Positions 27,613 through 37,395 are shown, numbered from the stretch's first letter. The stretch is 64,000 bases of DNA from an uncultured Thermoplasmata archaeon (GCA_963787975.1 CAWBEU010000008.1:29583-93582); one strand, 5' to 3'. Notes: a model not told the origin generated them from the letters alone. Numbers and translations are program-made.

Positions 27613-28364
27613 CTACGGTTTCGTCTCAGGGCCTCGGTCGAGAATGATCTCCAGGAACTGCTGGAGATGGGCCGTCAGGATCGGATTGTCGGTGAAGCCG
27701 GCCGCGTCGAGGTTGGGCCCCGCCAGCAGCGCGTGCTGGTTATCGGCCAGCACCTCGGTCGCGAGGAGGTTGTTCCGCGGAATCACTCGGACCCCCTCCG
27801 GGATCTTCTGGAGCGGCGCGGTCACGAACGTCACCTCGACGCCGCGCTTGACGGCGTGAGCGAATTTCTTTCCGAGCTCGTCCCGCAGGTCGGCCACCTG
27901 GGGCGTCGTGAGGATGAACGATTTCGTGGATTGGTCGAGCAGGTCGGCGATCTTGCCGATGACCTTCTCGCGCCCGTTGAGCAGGTAGACCAGCTGGGGC
28001 TCCCCGTGCTCGGCCGCGATATCGTGGAGCGCCTCGAGCTTCTCGAAGACCTCCTGGATCGACCCCTTGAGCGATTCGGCAACCTCGAGCGGTCGCCGGG
28101 GCTTGAACAGGAGCGGCTTTCCACCCGCCGGCGCGGCGTAGTTTTTCTGCGCAAGGGACTCGAGGACCTTGTAGGCGGAGGTCCGGGGATCCCCGCCGAT
28201 TGGGCGATGGCGGCTGCGTCTCCGATGCCTCGGGCGACGAGGGCGATGTAGGCCCGGGCCTCGTAGTCCGTTAGTCCCACCTGGCCCAGGACCGAGACGG
28301 CCCGGCGGTACTCCTGGCTGAACTCCGCGCCGAGCGAGACCGCCATCTCCTCGACCGTTGCCAT
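27613..28364 (-). pseudogene. TrmB-family transcriptional regulator, split by a 1-nt frameshift at 28183..28196
   Basis: The first HTH half GLTDYEARAYIALVARGIGDAAAIAQSAGIP is in ORF 27831..28364. The second half RTSAYKVLESLAQKNYA and the sensor domain are in the frame of ORF 27613..28488. The span is 3n+2. Confidence 0.8.
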
Positions 28365-28414
28365 GAGGAGCCTGCCACGGAGGCGGGGGCTCTTTAACCT
28401 TCGCGGACCGCGAG

Positions 28415-29815
28415 CTACTCAACCGGTTCGGCGAGCTTTGCGAGGGCCGCGGGACTGAGGAGCGCGTCGGCCTCGGCCGGCGTGGCAAGGTGATGGGCGA
28501 CGAGGAGTTCTTTCATCGACCGGCCCGTCCGGGCCGATTCGTGGACCAGCTCGGCGACCTTGAGATACCCGAACTGGGGCGTCAGGATCGTCAGCAGCGC
28601 CGACGAGGATTCCAGGTAGCGTCGGAGCTTCTCCGGATTCGTCGTGATGCCCTCGATGCACGTTCGCGTGAAGACCGGCAGATACTTCGCCACGATGCTG
28701 CACGAGAACAGCACCTCGTAGGCGGCGAGCGGCATCATCACGTTGATCTCGAGCTGCCCGGCTTGAACCGCGAGCGAGACCGCGAGCTCTGAAGCCACGA
28801 CCCGGAACGCCACCTGGTTCAGGCATTCCGCCGCCGACGGGTTCACCTTGCCAGGCATGATCGACGAGCCCGGCTGGATCTCCGGCACCCGGATCTCGTC
28901 CAGCCCGGTCGCCGGACCGCTCGAGAGCAGGCGAATGTCGTTCGCGATACGGATGAGCTCGAGCGCCAGAGTCTTGAGCCAAGCCGCGGCGGCCCCGAGG
29001 GGCCAACGGCTTTGCATCGTCTCGAAGGGATCTCGCGCCACGCGGAGCGGCAGTTTGCAATGCTCGGCGTACCGCCGCACCGCTTCGCTCCGGAAACCGG
29101 GGCGCGTGTTCACGCCGGTGCCCACGGCGTTGCCGCCGAGAGGGAGTTCCGCCAGGACGCCTTCGACCGTCGGCAGCGTTTCGAGGATCCGGTCCAGGAC
29201 CGTGGCGTAGGCGCGGAACTCCGCACCAAGGGTGACCGGCATAGCATCCTTGAGGTGAGTACGGCCCGATTTGGCGCTCGTGCGGAATTCCTCGCCCTTC
29301 CGGCGGAGGCCAGCGCTCAAGATTCGAACGGCGGCTCGAACCTCTGCGAGGGCGAAGAGCGTCGCGACCTGCGCCGCCGTGGGGAAGGTGTCGTTGGTGG
29401 ATTGCCCGAAGTTGACATGGTCGTTCGGGCTCAGCGCCGAGTAGTCCCCCCGAGGTTTCCCGAGTAGCTCGAGGCCGCGGTTGGCGAGCACCTCGTTGAC
29501 ATTCATATGGAAGGAGGTTCCGGCACCGGCCTGGAAGACGTCCACAACGAATTGGTCACGGAACTTTCCCTCGGCTACCTCGCGGGCGGCCTGCTCGATG
29601 ACGCGGCCGCGCTCCGCATCGAGGGCGCCGAGACTGACGTTGACCTCCGCGCAGGCCCACTTGAGCAGGGCGTAGGCACGGATCAGGTGCGGAGACGCGT
29701 GGAGTCCGCTGACCGGGAAGTTCTCGACCGCGCGTAGGGTTTGGATGCCGTAGTAGGCCTCCGCGGGAACCTCCCGCCTCCCCAGCGAGTCCTCTTCGGT
29801 CCGCACCGAGCTCAT
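28415..29815 (-). CDS. Class II fumarase/aspartase family lyase (aspartate ammonia-lyase-like)
   Basis: ATG at 29815. GSSIMPGKVNP signature and QAGAGTSFHMNVNEV (closer to AspA than FumC by eye). The upstream part of ORF 28415..30355 is non-coding overlap. Confidence 0.85.
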   Translation of the reverse strand: MSSVRTEEDSLGRREVPAEAYYGIQTLRAVENFPVSGLHASPHLIRAYALLKWACAEVNVSLGALDAERGRVIEQAAREVAEGKFRDQFVVDVFQAGAGTSFHMNVNEVLANRGLELLGKPRGDYSALSPNDHVNFGQSTNDTFPTAAQVATLFALAEVRAAVRILSAGLRRKGEEFRTSAKSGRTHLKDAMPVTLGAEFRAYATVLDRILETLPTVEGVLAELPLGGNAVGTGVNTRPGFRSEAVRRYAEHCKLPLRVARDPFETMQSRWPLGAAAAWLKTLALELIRIANDIRLLSSGPATGLDEIRVPEIQPGSSIMPGKVNPSAAECLNQVAFRVVASELAVSLAVQAGQLEINVMMPLAAYEVLFSCSIVAKYLPVFTRTCIEGITTNPEKLRRYLESSSALLTILTPQFGYLKVAELVHESARTGRSMKELLVAHHLATPAEADALLSPAALAKLAEPVE

Positions 29816-29918
29816 TGGCGTTGGGACGGGGGACTGGGACAAAACCTTAACCCGGTCCCGGCGTAGTCTCACTCCAACCGGTGGGCCTGCCCCGTCGGCT
29901 CGTATAGGACGACGGGAG

Positions 29919-31739
29919 ATGGTGGACCCCTGGGTCTTGACCAACGACACGATTGCCGGGATTGGCAGCGTGGTCCTCACCCCCTTGCTATGGATCGGGC
30001 TCTTCGTCTGGGCCTGGATGCGGCCCGCCGATGCGCGGGCGAGCGGATTCGGCCGAATGGCGTTCTGGCTGCTGCTGCCGGGCGCATTCCTGAGTTCGTT
30101 GGCGGATGTCCCGTTCCTCCCGTGGGCAGGGGATGTCCTGGCCATCAACATCGGTGGTGCGCTGATCCCGATCGTCCTGACGCTCGTGCTGCTACATCGG
30201 GAGCTATCAACACCGGGATGGTACCTGACCGGTACGGTCATTCTGATCGTTGCTGCAGAGACTGCGACGCAATTCGTGATCGTCGTCCTCACGTCGTCGT
30301 TCTGGACAGAGCTGCTCGTGCTAGTGACCGCCGCCGGAACGGTGGCCTTCGCCATCGGGGCATTGCCACGCTGGACGACGCGTCCGGCGGCGCTTCGCGC
30401 AGTGACGTTCGTCTCCCTCGTGTCGGTGGCGATCTCGCTGACCTTCTTCAGTTCCCAAGCGGTTCCCGGGGTGGGAATCGTGTCGGAATTCCCATACTAC
30501 CTAGTCGGCCCCGTCTTGGTGGGAGTAGTCGGCGCATGGGTCGCGTCGGCGGTGTGGGGCGTTTCCGCCTTCCGTGGCCTCGGAGTGGCGTACGGCAGCG
30601 GAACCTTGGGCACGCTGATCGGAGCAGACGTCCTACGCCAGCCGCCACTCTACACAGGGGCCGGTGGCGAGCTGCTGGCCATCGGCGGGGCCGGTGTCCA
30701 GGACCTCGTCTACCTCTCCGGCCTGATGGCCGTTGGGGTCGGCCTACTGGTCATCTTCCTTCGCTTCCGGGGGGCTCCCGCCGATTCCTCTGTTTCCGCC
30801 CCCGCGCCACCCTCGCCGTATCAAGCCCTGCGCTCCGCGGCGGGACGCCTTGCGAAGGGCGACCCCGCGGGGGTCATGCAAGACTCGGTCACGGCGAGCC
30901 AAGGAGCCACCGATCGGGTGCGGTCGATTTACCGGCTGCCCGCCCCGGAACAACTGGCCGCCGCCTGGGATGGGCTCCCGGTCGCGCCCTATGTGGTCCA
31001 CGACTATCGGAATCTCATCGCGTCCAAGGACGAACCCAACCCCACTCCCCGGGAGGCGTATCGAAGTCTAGCCATGGCGACCCAGTTCGTCCGCTTGGGA
31101 CGGGACCTCTCTCGGCTCCGGTTCGCCGCCGCCGGCCGTAGAGGATGGGCCGCCGTGGTGGATCTGCTCCTGGTCACCGCGCCCGCCGTGGTCTTGTGGA
31201 CCCTCCTCGCTTTCACGCAGCCCGGGGGGCTCGAAGCGATCCTCAACGGGCTCCCGTTCAACCTCGCGGTCATCGGGTACGTCGGGTACGGCGTGCTCTA
31301 CTACGTCGTCTGCGACGCCCTGTTCGGCACCACGGTCGGAAAGTTCCTTTTCCATCTAACGGTCACCGACCGCGCGTGGGCCCGCCCGACGACGCTCCAG
31401 TCCTTCCTCCGGGAAGCCCCGAAGGCGGTGCCCATCTTCGTGATTGGCGAACTCGGCGCGCCAGCGCTCCTGTTCCTCCTTCTGTCCGGTAGGTCCTCCT
31501 TCAACGTGTCCGGGATCGACCTCGCGCTGAACGGCGCGCTCCTACTGGGGATCGTCATCGTGACCGTGGCGCTCGCCCTCGCCCTGGGAGGACTCCAGGT
31601 CGCGCGGGACTCCGAGCGCCAACGGTTAGGAGACCGCTGGGCCTCCACCTGGGTCGTGGACCGCCGGGTCGTCACTCCGGCATGGGGAGCGACGCGGTCG
31701 CCGTCGGCCGTTCCGCCGGGCGCGTGCCCACCAGGCTGA
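29919..31739 (+). CDS. Large membrane protein: DUF1614-like N-terminal half fused to an RDD-family C-terminal domain
   Basis: INIGGALIP and GSGTLGTLIGADVL are DUF1614-like patterns. RRGWAAVVDLLL...YYVVCDALFGTTVGKFLF is an RDD-like pattern. The protein has many TM segments. Confidence 0.6.
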   Translation: MVDPWVLTNDTIAGIGSVVLTPLLWIGLFVWAWMRPADARASGFGRMAFWLLLPGAFLSSLADVPFLPWAGDVLAINIGGALIPIVLTLVLLHRELSTPGWYLTGTVILIVAAETATQFVIVVLTSSFWTELLVLVTAAGTVAFAIGALPRWTTRPAALRAVTFVSLVSVAISLTFFSSQAVPGVGIVSEFPYYLVGPVLVGVVGAWVASAVWGVSAFRGLGVAYGSGTLGTLIGADVLRQPPLYTGAGGELLAIGGAGVQDLVYLSGLMAVGVGLLVIFLRFRGAPADSSVSAPAPPSPYQALRSAAGRLAKGDPAGVMQDSVTASQGATDRVRSIYRLPAPEQLAAAWDGLPVAPYVVHDYRNLIASKDEPNPTPREAYRSLAMATQFVRLGRDLSRLRFAAAGRRGWAAVVDLLLVTAPAVVLWTLLAFTQPGGLEAILNGLPFNLAVIGYVGYGVLYYVVCDALFGTTVGKFLFHLTVTDRAWARPTTLQSFLREAPKAVPIFVIGELGAPALLFLLLSGRSSFNVSGIDLALNGALLLGIVIVTVALALALGGLQVARDSERQRLGDRWASTWVVDRRVVTPAWGATRSPSAVPPGACPPG

Positions 31740-32037
31740 GCGGGATCGATATCGCCGAGACGTTGGCTTCGCGTCCCTCTCGGTTCGTGAGCCGCTCGGT
31801 GCCGGTCTCGATGCGACCGACGTCGACCTGGCCCTCCAGGAACCGGTGCCGAACCACCTCGACGACGTCGACGGCCTTCGCGATGGCGTTCCCGCGGGCC
31901 CGGACCACCACGGGCTCGGCCCCGGAATTGAGCTGCGCCACGACCTGGAAGACGTAGGTCATCGTGGGCTTGAGCCCGATATACACCGTAGCCGGTCCGG
32001 GGACGCCGGAGGGCTCCGCCGGCCGCTTGGCGGACAT
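31672..32037 (-). CDS. albA: DNA/RNA-binding protein Alba
   Basis: VYIGLKPTMTYVFQVVAQLNSGAEPVVVRARGNAIAKAVDVVEVVRHRF is canonical Alba. The 3' end overlaps the convergent membrane-protein gene by 68 nt. Confidence 0.9.
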   Translation of the reverse strand: MSAKRPAEPSGVPGPATVYIGLKPTMTYVFQVVAQLNSGAEPVVVRARGNAIAKAVDVVEVVRHRFLEGQVDVGRIETGTERLTNREGREANVSAISIPLSLVGTRPAERPTATASLPMPE

Positions 32038-32169
32038 TGCCGACGGCGAACGGGCGCCAGTAGAAGGGTTTTGTCTTTGGAGAATCTCTATCTAGGGAGG
32101 GGGGACGAGGCCCACCCTGTTTCCGGGCACAAAGGCTATGGCAGGAGAGCCGTACGCGCCGCGGGGCCC

Positions 32170-32254
32170 GCAGGGGTGGCCCAGCTTGGTCAAAGGCGCC
32201 AGGTTGAGGTCCTGGTCTCGTAGGAGTTCGTGAGTTCAAATCTCACCCCCTGCA
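32170..32254 (+). tRNA. tRNA-Leu (anticodon GAG)
   Basis: Hand-folded cloverleaf: acceptor GCAGGGG/CCCCTGC, anticodon stem CCAGG/CCTGG with loop TTGAGGT, long variable arm, T-arm GTGAG-TTCAAAT-CTCAC. 85 nt, no intron. Confidence 0.9.
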
Positions 32255-32275
32255 TTCCCTTTCCGAGGTGCGCCC

Positions 32276-33244
32276 ATGGCTGACGAAGACCTTCGCTGTC
32301 CATCCTGCCACGAGCGGATCCTCGCGTCCGACGCCCGTTGCCCGCACTGCGGGGCGGCCCTCGACGCACTCCCCGAACGCCCGGCGCCGTCCGCGGTTCG
32401 GGTAGAACCCTCCTCGGGCGCCCGCAGCGTCCCGGCAACGAAGGAGCCGGCGGTGGCGCCGGACCTGGCCCGTCGGTTCTCGAAGCTCCAGCAGTGGGCG
32501 GAGCTGGTCGAGCCGCTCGGAATCACCCTCCCGGTCCTCCCCCGATGGGCCGAGGAGGCCGCACGTCGCTCCTCCGACCATGACCGGTGGGCCGACGTCC
32601 TGACCGGCGTGGAGCGGCTCGCACAGAACCAGATCCTCTCCGCGCTCGAGGAGTGGCAGCGTGACGTCAGGACCCGGCTCACCCGCCTCGAGGCGTACGC
32701 GGTGGACAGCCGGCTCGAGCGGGATCAGATGGAGGACGCGCTCCACTTCGCCAAGACCGGCGACATCAGTCGGGCCTTGACGGCCTACCAACAGATGGAC
32801 CGGGTGATCACGCTCAAGGAACGCCATCTCGACACCGCGCGCGAGGACCTCGAGTCCGTGATCTCCCTGCTCCGCGACATGGCCGGCGTGGGCCTACGGG
32901 TGCCCAGCGACCCTAACGAGCTGGGCCAGGAACTGGAGCGTGAGCTCCGGAGCGGCCGGCTCGCCTCGTTGAAACAGCAACTCCGCGTCCTCCGCGCCCA
33001 GGCCATGGAGGAGGTCCAGCGAGAATTGCCCGGGTTCGTCTCGCGGTACGGAGACTTCCTGCAGGACGAGCGGATGCAGGGAACGCCCGTGGAGGTCGAG
33101 ATCGCCGAGCTCGGCCGCGGTGCGCGTCTCTTCGCGCAGGGCCACAGCGAGGAGGCCCTCCATCGGATGCGACGGTTGCTCCAGCTGCACGGCTCCACTA
33201 CGTTCCGTCCCTCGCACACGCCCGCGGCGCGCGGCGCGCCATAA
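32276..33244 (+). CDS. Hypothetical zinc-ribbon protein with a long helical/coiled-coil region
   Basis: N-terminal CPSC...CPHCG zinc ribbon, then ~270 aa of heptad-like helical sequence. No family was recognised. Confidence 0.5.
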   Translation: MADEDLRCPSCHERILASDARCPHCGAALDALPERPAPSAVRVEPSSGARSVPATKEPAVAPDLARRFSKLQQWAELVEPLGITLPVLPRWAEEAARRSSDHDRWADVLTGVERLAQNQILSALEEWQRDVRTRLTRLEAYAVDSRLERDQMEDALHFAKTGDISRALTAYQQMDRVITLKERHLDTAREDLESVISLLRDMAGVGLRVPSDPNELGQELERELRSGRLASLKQQLRVLRAQAMEEVQRELPGFVSRYGDFLQDERMQGTPVEVEIAELGRGARLFAQGHSEEALHRMRRLLQLHGSTTFRPSHTPAARGAP

Positions 33245-33249
33245 CCGGC

Positions 33250-33711
33250 TCAGGGGAACGTCTCGAAGAACCGTACGTCCTCGTTCCATCGGTGCCGGTG
33301 CAACACACCGGCTTCCTTGAAGCCCAGATGGTGAAAGAGCGCCTTCGCCTCGGTGAACCGGTCCGGAGCGTCAACCCAGACCGCGTTGGCGTGATTCTTC
33401 CCGGCCCAGTCCACGGCGGTGTGCACGAGCGCCGTCGCGATCCCCTTCCGTCGGGCATCCACGTCGACGGCCAGGTCCACGAGACGACAATTTCCTTCGG
33501 AGAACGCGCACCCGACGATCCCCAGGAGGCGTTTCCCCTCGCGCGCGACGAAGTAGGTCACCCCCTCCATGCGGCTGGTGAACTCGAGCGGAGTCGGCAC
33601 CGCGGACTTGAGGAACTCGGCGGGGATTCCCTCGTGAGGGGACTCCCAGACCCGTTTGTAGAGCGCGCAGATCTCTGGAATGTCCTCGTGAGAGACCCGG
33701 TCGATCACCAC
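33250..33711 (-). CDS. GNAT-family N-acetyltransferase
   Basis: LVDLAVDVDARRKGIATALV (acetyl-CoA-binding motif A pattern) in a 153-aa ORF. Confidence 0.8.
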   Translation of the reverse strand: MVIDRVSHEDIPEICALYKRVWESPHEGIPAEFLKSAVPTPLEFTSRMEGVTYFVAREGKRLLGIVGCAFSEGNCRLVDLAVDVDARRKGIATALVHTAVDWAGKNHANAVWVDAPDRFTEAKALFHHLGFKEAGVLHRHRWNEDVRFFETFP

Positions 33712-33853
33712 CCCGGGCGGGGTCGGGATCGGCGCGGGCCTCCGGCGCGGGTTCGGCAGAGCTGGGAGGTGTCACGAACGCAGCCTCAGAAGGTCCACTA
33801 CGACCGGACAATGGGTCCCCATCTCTTAGGATTTCCTCCGGCGTACAGGCCCG

Positions 33854-35185
33854 TCACGGGGTGTGGCGTGCCGGTGTCCGCGGAAACGGCGTCGTGTCCC
33901 GGATATGCTCGCGCCGGGTGATCCACCGCAGGACCCGCTCGATCCCGGTTCCGAATCCCGCATGCGGAATGCTCCCGTGGCGGCGGAGGTCGAGGTACCA
34001 ATCGTAGTCCGCGAGGTTCGCGCCGACGGCCCGGATCCGCTCGGTCAGCCGGTCGATGTCGACCTCCCGGCAGCTCGCCCCGACGATCTCGCCGTACCCC
34101 TCGGGGGCGAGCAGGTCGGCGGCTTCCACGGTCGTGGGGTCCCCCGGCGTACGGAGCATGTAGAACGCCTTGAGCTCCACGGGGAAGCGCGTCAGCCAGA
34201 TCGGCGAGTTCCGTTCGAGCGTCAGCGCCCGCTCCTCGGCGGTGCCCAGGTCGCTTCCCCATTTCACGGGCAAGCCTTGGGCGCTCAACTTTTCGATAGC
34301 GTCCTTGTAGGACATCCGGTCGAAGGGAGCCGTAAGACGGGAGAGCTCGGCCGGGTCTCGGCCGAGCGCCTTCAGCTCGCCGGGGCATCGCTCGGCGAGG
34401 CGATGGAACACGGTGACGAACATCCGTTCGGTGAAATCAAGCAGCCCCTCGAGGTCGCACCAGGCGAGCTCCACTTCGAGGTGGGTATACTCGGTCAAGT
34501 GCCGCGGCGTTCGGGACTTCTCGGCGCGGAACGAGGGCGTGATCGCGTAGACTCGCTCGTGGGGGAACAGCAACGCCTCGAGGTAGAGTTGCGCCGTCTG
34601 CCCGAGGTACCCGGGCTTGCCAAAGTACTCGAACTCGAAGGCCTCGGAACCGCCTTCGGCCGCGTTGCCGGTGATGATCGGGGGCGTGACCTCGAGCACA
34701 TCCTCCTCGGCGAGGAACTCCCGTAAGGCGCCCAGGAAGGCCGCCTTCAGCCGAAACATCTGGACGAACTCCTGACTCCGAATCGCGAGGTGCCGCTTGT
34801 CCAGCAGGAACTCCTCGGTCTGGTCCTTGAAGATCGGAAACGGCTCGCCGGCGTGAATGACTTCGATCTGATCGGCGCGAACTTCCCGGCCCCCGGGGGC
34901 TCGGGGATCTTCGGCCACCACGCCGCTGACACTGACGGCGCCCTCGAGCTGAACATGTTCCGCCGACTGGAAGCGTTCCGCGCCCACAGCGTCCTTACGG
35001 ATCGTGACCGGGACGGTACCCGTCCGGTCCCTCAAGGTGAGGAACAGGAGCCCGCCCGACGATCGCGAGCGGTGGACCCATCCGCGCAAACGAACGCGCT
35101 GGCCCACGGCATCCTTTGCCCGAACCCGCTCGATCGGATCGAACGCTACTGGTACTCCCGCCATTTGTGCCCGCACTTCGTGCAC
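33854..35185 (-). CDS. asnS: Asparagine--tRNA ligase (class IIb; AsnRS-like rather than AspRS by eye)
   Basis: GGSEAFEFEYFG, FRAEKSRTPRHLTEY and YDWYLDLRRHGSIPHAGFGTGIERV are present. Confidence 0.8.
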   Translation of the reverse strand: MHEVRAQMAGVPVAFDPIERVRAKDAVGQRVRLRGWVHRSRSSGGLLFLTLRDRTGTVPVTIRKDAVGAERFQSAEHVQLEGAVSVSGVVAEDPRAPGGREVRADQIEVIHAGEPFPIFKDQTEEFLLDKRHLAIRSQEFVQMFRLKAAFLGALREFLAEEDVLEVTPPIITGNAAEGGSEAFEFEYFGKPGYLGQTAQLYLEALLFPHERVYAITPSFRAEKSRTPRHLTEYTHLEVELAWCDLEGLLDFTERMFVTVFHRLAERCPGELKALGRDPAELSRLTAPFDRMSYKDAIEKLSAQGLPVKWGSDLGTAEERALTLERNSPIWLTRFPVELKAFYMLRTPGDPTTVEAADLLAPEGYGEIVGASCREVDIDRLTERIRAVGANLADYDWYLDLRRHGSIPHAGFGTGIERVLRWITRREHIRDTTPFPRTPARHTP

Positions 35186-35457
35186 TCAAAGATCCGCGTC
35201 TCGGGTTCATCGGCGCCCCGGGTCTGACGGAGCACGTAGTAGGCCTTGGTGTTTCCGCACTTCGGGCAGAGCTCGTCGGCGGAAGGAAGCGTCCCCGACG
35301 TCTTTTCCTCCACGACCTCGACGGTCCGCGCCTGCGGAGCCGAGCGGCCTACCTCGGCGCCCTTGCCGAGCGGGACCTTCGTCCCGCAGGCGGCGCATAC
35401 CCATACCCCCGCGGCCTTATCGGGCCGCATCAGGCGCTTACACTTCGGGCAGAACAC
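35146..35457 (-). CDS. tfs: Transcription factor S (TFS / RpoM-like)
   Basis: N-terminal zinc ribbon CPKC...CAACG. The C-terminal domain is CPKCGNTKAYYVLRQTRGADEPETRIFECTKCGHKW. Confidence 0.9.
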   Translation of the reverse strand: MFCPKCKRLMRPDKAAGVWVCAACGTKVPLGKGAEVGRSAPQARTVEVVEEKTSGTLPSADELCPKCGNTKAYYVLRQTRGADEPETRIFECTKCGHKWREYQ

Positions 35458-35553
35458 GAGAGCCCGTCGAGGTCCCCACGCTATTAGACTTTTTACGAAC
35501 CTGAGGGCGACCGATTCCCCGCCGAGACCAGGGCGCGTTCCCCCGACAGCAGG

Positions 35554-35561
35554 TATTTATC
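35554..35561 (+). promoter_or_regulatory. TATA-like box (TATTTATC) 22 nt upstream of the ATG at 35583 (leaderless-type spacing)
   Basis: This is the only AT-rich word in the 35458..35582 intergenic region. Confidence 0.3.
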
Positions 35562-35582
35562 GACGAAGCCGACGCGGCGCGC

Positions 35583-35897
35583 ATGGACTTCGTAGTGATC
35601 GCCGACCACGTACCCGACGAATGCCCGAGCTCGAACGCGAAGGTGCGAAAGATGATGGGCGAAGCCGCCGGCAAGCTTCCGGCGCTCGCGAAGTCTCTCG
35701 GGGTGGAGCCGGTCTTTATGGGGGCGCCCATGGTGGATCACAAGCTCTTTTTCGTGCTCCGGGCCGCAAGCTACGAAGCGGTGCGGAACCTTCTGATCAA
35801 ATCCGGGATGTTCCAGACTCAGACCTCCCACATCTATCCCACGGTCTCCATCGAGGATGCGCTGAAGATGGCCGCCGAGCTAACGCCGACCCATTGA
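35583..35897 (+). CDS. Hypothetical small protein (104 aa)
   Basis: ORF with plausible promoter spacing. No family was recognised. Confidence 0.45.
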   Translation: MDFVVIADHVPDECPSSNAKVRKMMGEAAGKLPALAKSLGVEPVFMGAPMVDHKLFFVLRAASYEAVRNLLIKSGMFQTQTSHIYPTVSIEDALKMAAELTPTH

Positions 35898-35976
35898 GGC
35901 GGACCAAACGGAGAGCCCCCCTCCGTGATGGAGGGCAGCGATTACCCCCTGGGCCCGGCCCCGGCGATGACCGACC

Positions 35977-37395
35977 CTACTCCGTGAGGATCTGAGTGGC
36001 CGTGCCGTGACTCTCCGGCGCCGCATCCGCGGCGGCCACCGACAGCGGTAGCGGCGACGGTTTCGCGTTCGGAGAGAATAGTTTCCGCATGTGGTCGACC
36101 TTGGCCGCGATGTCCTCCTTGCTCCCGAGCTCGTGCCGGACGTAGTACGAGCCCTTCACGAAGGGGAACGCCGACTCGACCCGCCGGTGCGCTTCATGGA
36201 TCGCGCTCGCGTCGCCGACGAGCGCGACGCCCCGTGAGGAGGTCAGCTTCACGCGACCCGCCCCGGCCGCCTCGACGGACCCGAAGTAGAGACGGACCCC
36301 CACATCCTCGATGGACGGCTCGTCAAGCTCTAGGATCGCTCCGGCCTGGGGCTGGCTGCCGTAGCCGACGGGAACTACATACTTCGCCACGGTCGCGCGG
36401 AGCCGGAACCGAACGTAGTCCGGATCCACTCGGCCGGTCGCGACGCCGAGCATCAGCTCGGCAAAGTCGCCGGGCTCGTAGAGCGAGAGCACATTCAAGG
36501 CCTCGGGATCGCCGAATCGAGCGTTGAACTCGAGGAGCTTGGGGCCTTCCGTTGTGAGCATGAAGCCGCCGTACAGAATCCCCCGGTAAGCGAGTCCCTC
36601 GGCACGCAGCGCCGCTACGGCCTGCCGCAGGATGTCGAGTGCCCGGTCCCGCTGGGCGGCCGAAAGGAACGGGAGTAAGTGGTCGCGCTGGGAGTACGAA
36701 CCCATCCCTCCGGTGTTCCCGCCCTTGTTGCCCTCCAGGGCCCGCTTGTAATCCTGGACCGCCGGCATCGGGTAGATGCCGGAATCTGTGACGAAGGCCA
36801 TCTGGCTGAACTCCTCCCCCTCGAGCTTCTCCTCGATGAGGAGCCCGTCTTGGCCGGATGGCGAGGCCAGCAGTCCCTCGGCGTACGCCTCGCCTTCGAC
36901 GGCGGTCTGGAAGTCTGACCCTTGCACCCAGACTCCCTTTCCGGCCGTGAGGCCGGACGGTTTGACAACAAAGGGACCGGTAAAACTCGCGACCGCGCTC
37001 TTGAGTTCGGAGAGGTCCGTCACCGATCGGAACTTCGGGTTCCCTGGCACTCCCCGCTTCGCGAGAAGCTCCCGGCAAAACCGCTTGGACCACTCGATCC
37101 GGGCCGCCGCCCGATCTGGGCCGACGACGGGAATGCCAGCGGCCCGAAGCGCGTCCGCCAGGCCGTTGGCCAAAGGCGCTTCCGGACCGATCACGGCGAG
37201 CTGGACCTGCTGTCGGAGCGCGAACGCGACGATGGGACTGGTGTCGAGGAGGTCGGTTCGAAGGGTTGCCGGTGATAGCCGTTCGATGCCCGGGTTCGCG
37301 TTCGGGGTCGCGGCGACCACCTCGGCCTCGGCTCGATGGAGTTCGAGCGCAATCGCGTGCTCCCGGCCTCCTCCCCCGACCACCAGGGCTCGCAC
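35977..37395 (-). CDS. purD: Phosphoribosylamine--glycine ligase
   Basis: MRALVVGGGGREHAIALEL at the N-terminus, followed by an ATP-grasp core. 472 aa with a short C-terminal extension. Confidence 0.9.
   Translation of the reverse strand: MRALVVGGGGREHAIALELHRAEAEVVAATPNANPGIERLSPATLRTDLLDTSPIVAFALRQQVQLAVIGPEAPLANGLADALRAAGIPVVGPDRAAARIEWSKRFCRELLAKRGVPGNPKFRSVTDLSELKSAVASFTGPFVVKPSGLTAGKGVWVQGSDFQTAVEGEAYAEGLLASPSGQDGLLIEEKLEGEEFSQMAFVTDSGIYPMPAVQDYKRALEGNKGGNTGGMGSYSQRDHLLPFLSAAQRDRALDILRQAVAALRAEGLAYRGILYGGFMLTTEGPKLLEFNARFGDPEALNVLSLYEPGDFAELMLGVATGRVDPDYVRFRLRATVAKYVVPVGYGSQPQAGAILELDEPSIEDVGVRLYFGSVEAAGAGRVKLTSSRGVALVGDASAIHEAHRRVESAFPFVKGSYYVRHELGSKEDIAAKVDHMRKLFSPNAKPSPLPLSVAAADAAPESHGTATQILTE

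Noticed and set aside
33798-34388. Alternative-frame ORFs inside asnS (196 aa and 287 aa)
   Set aside because: They overlap a strongly supported aminoacyl-tRNA synthetase gene. Their translations are Arg/Pro/Gly-rich with no motifs.
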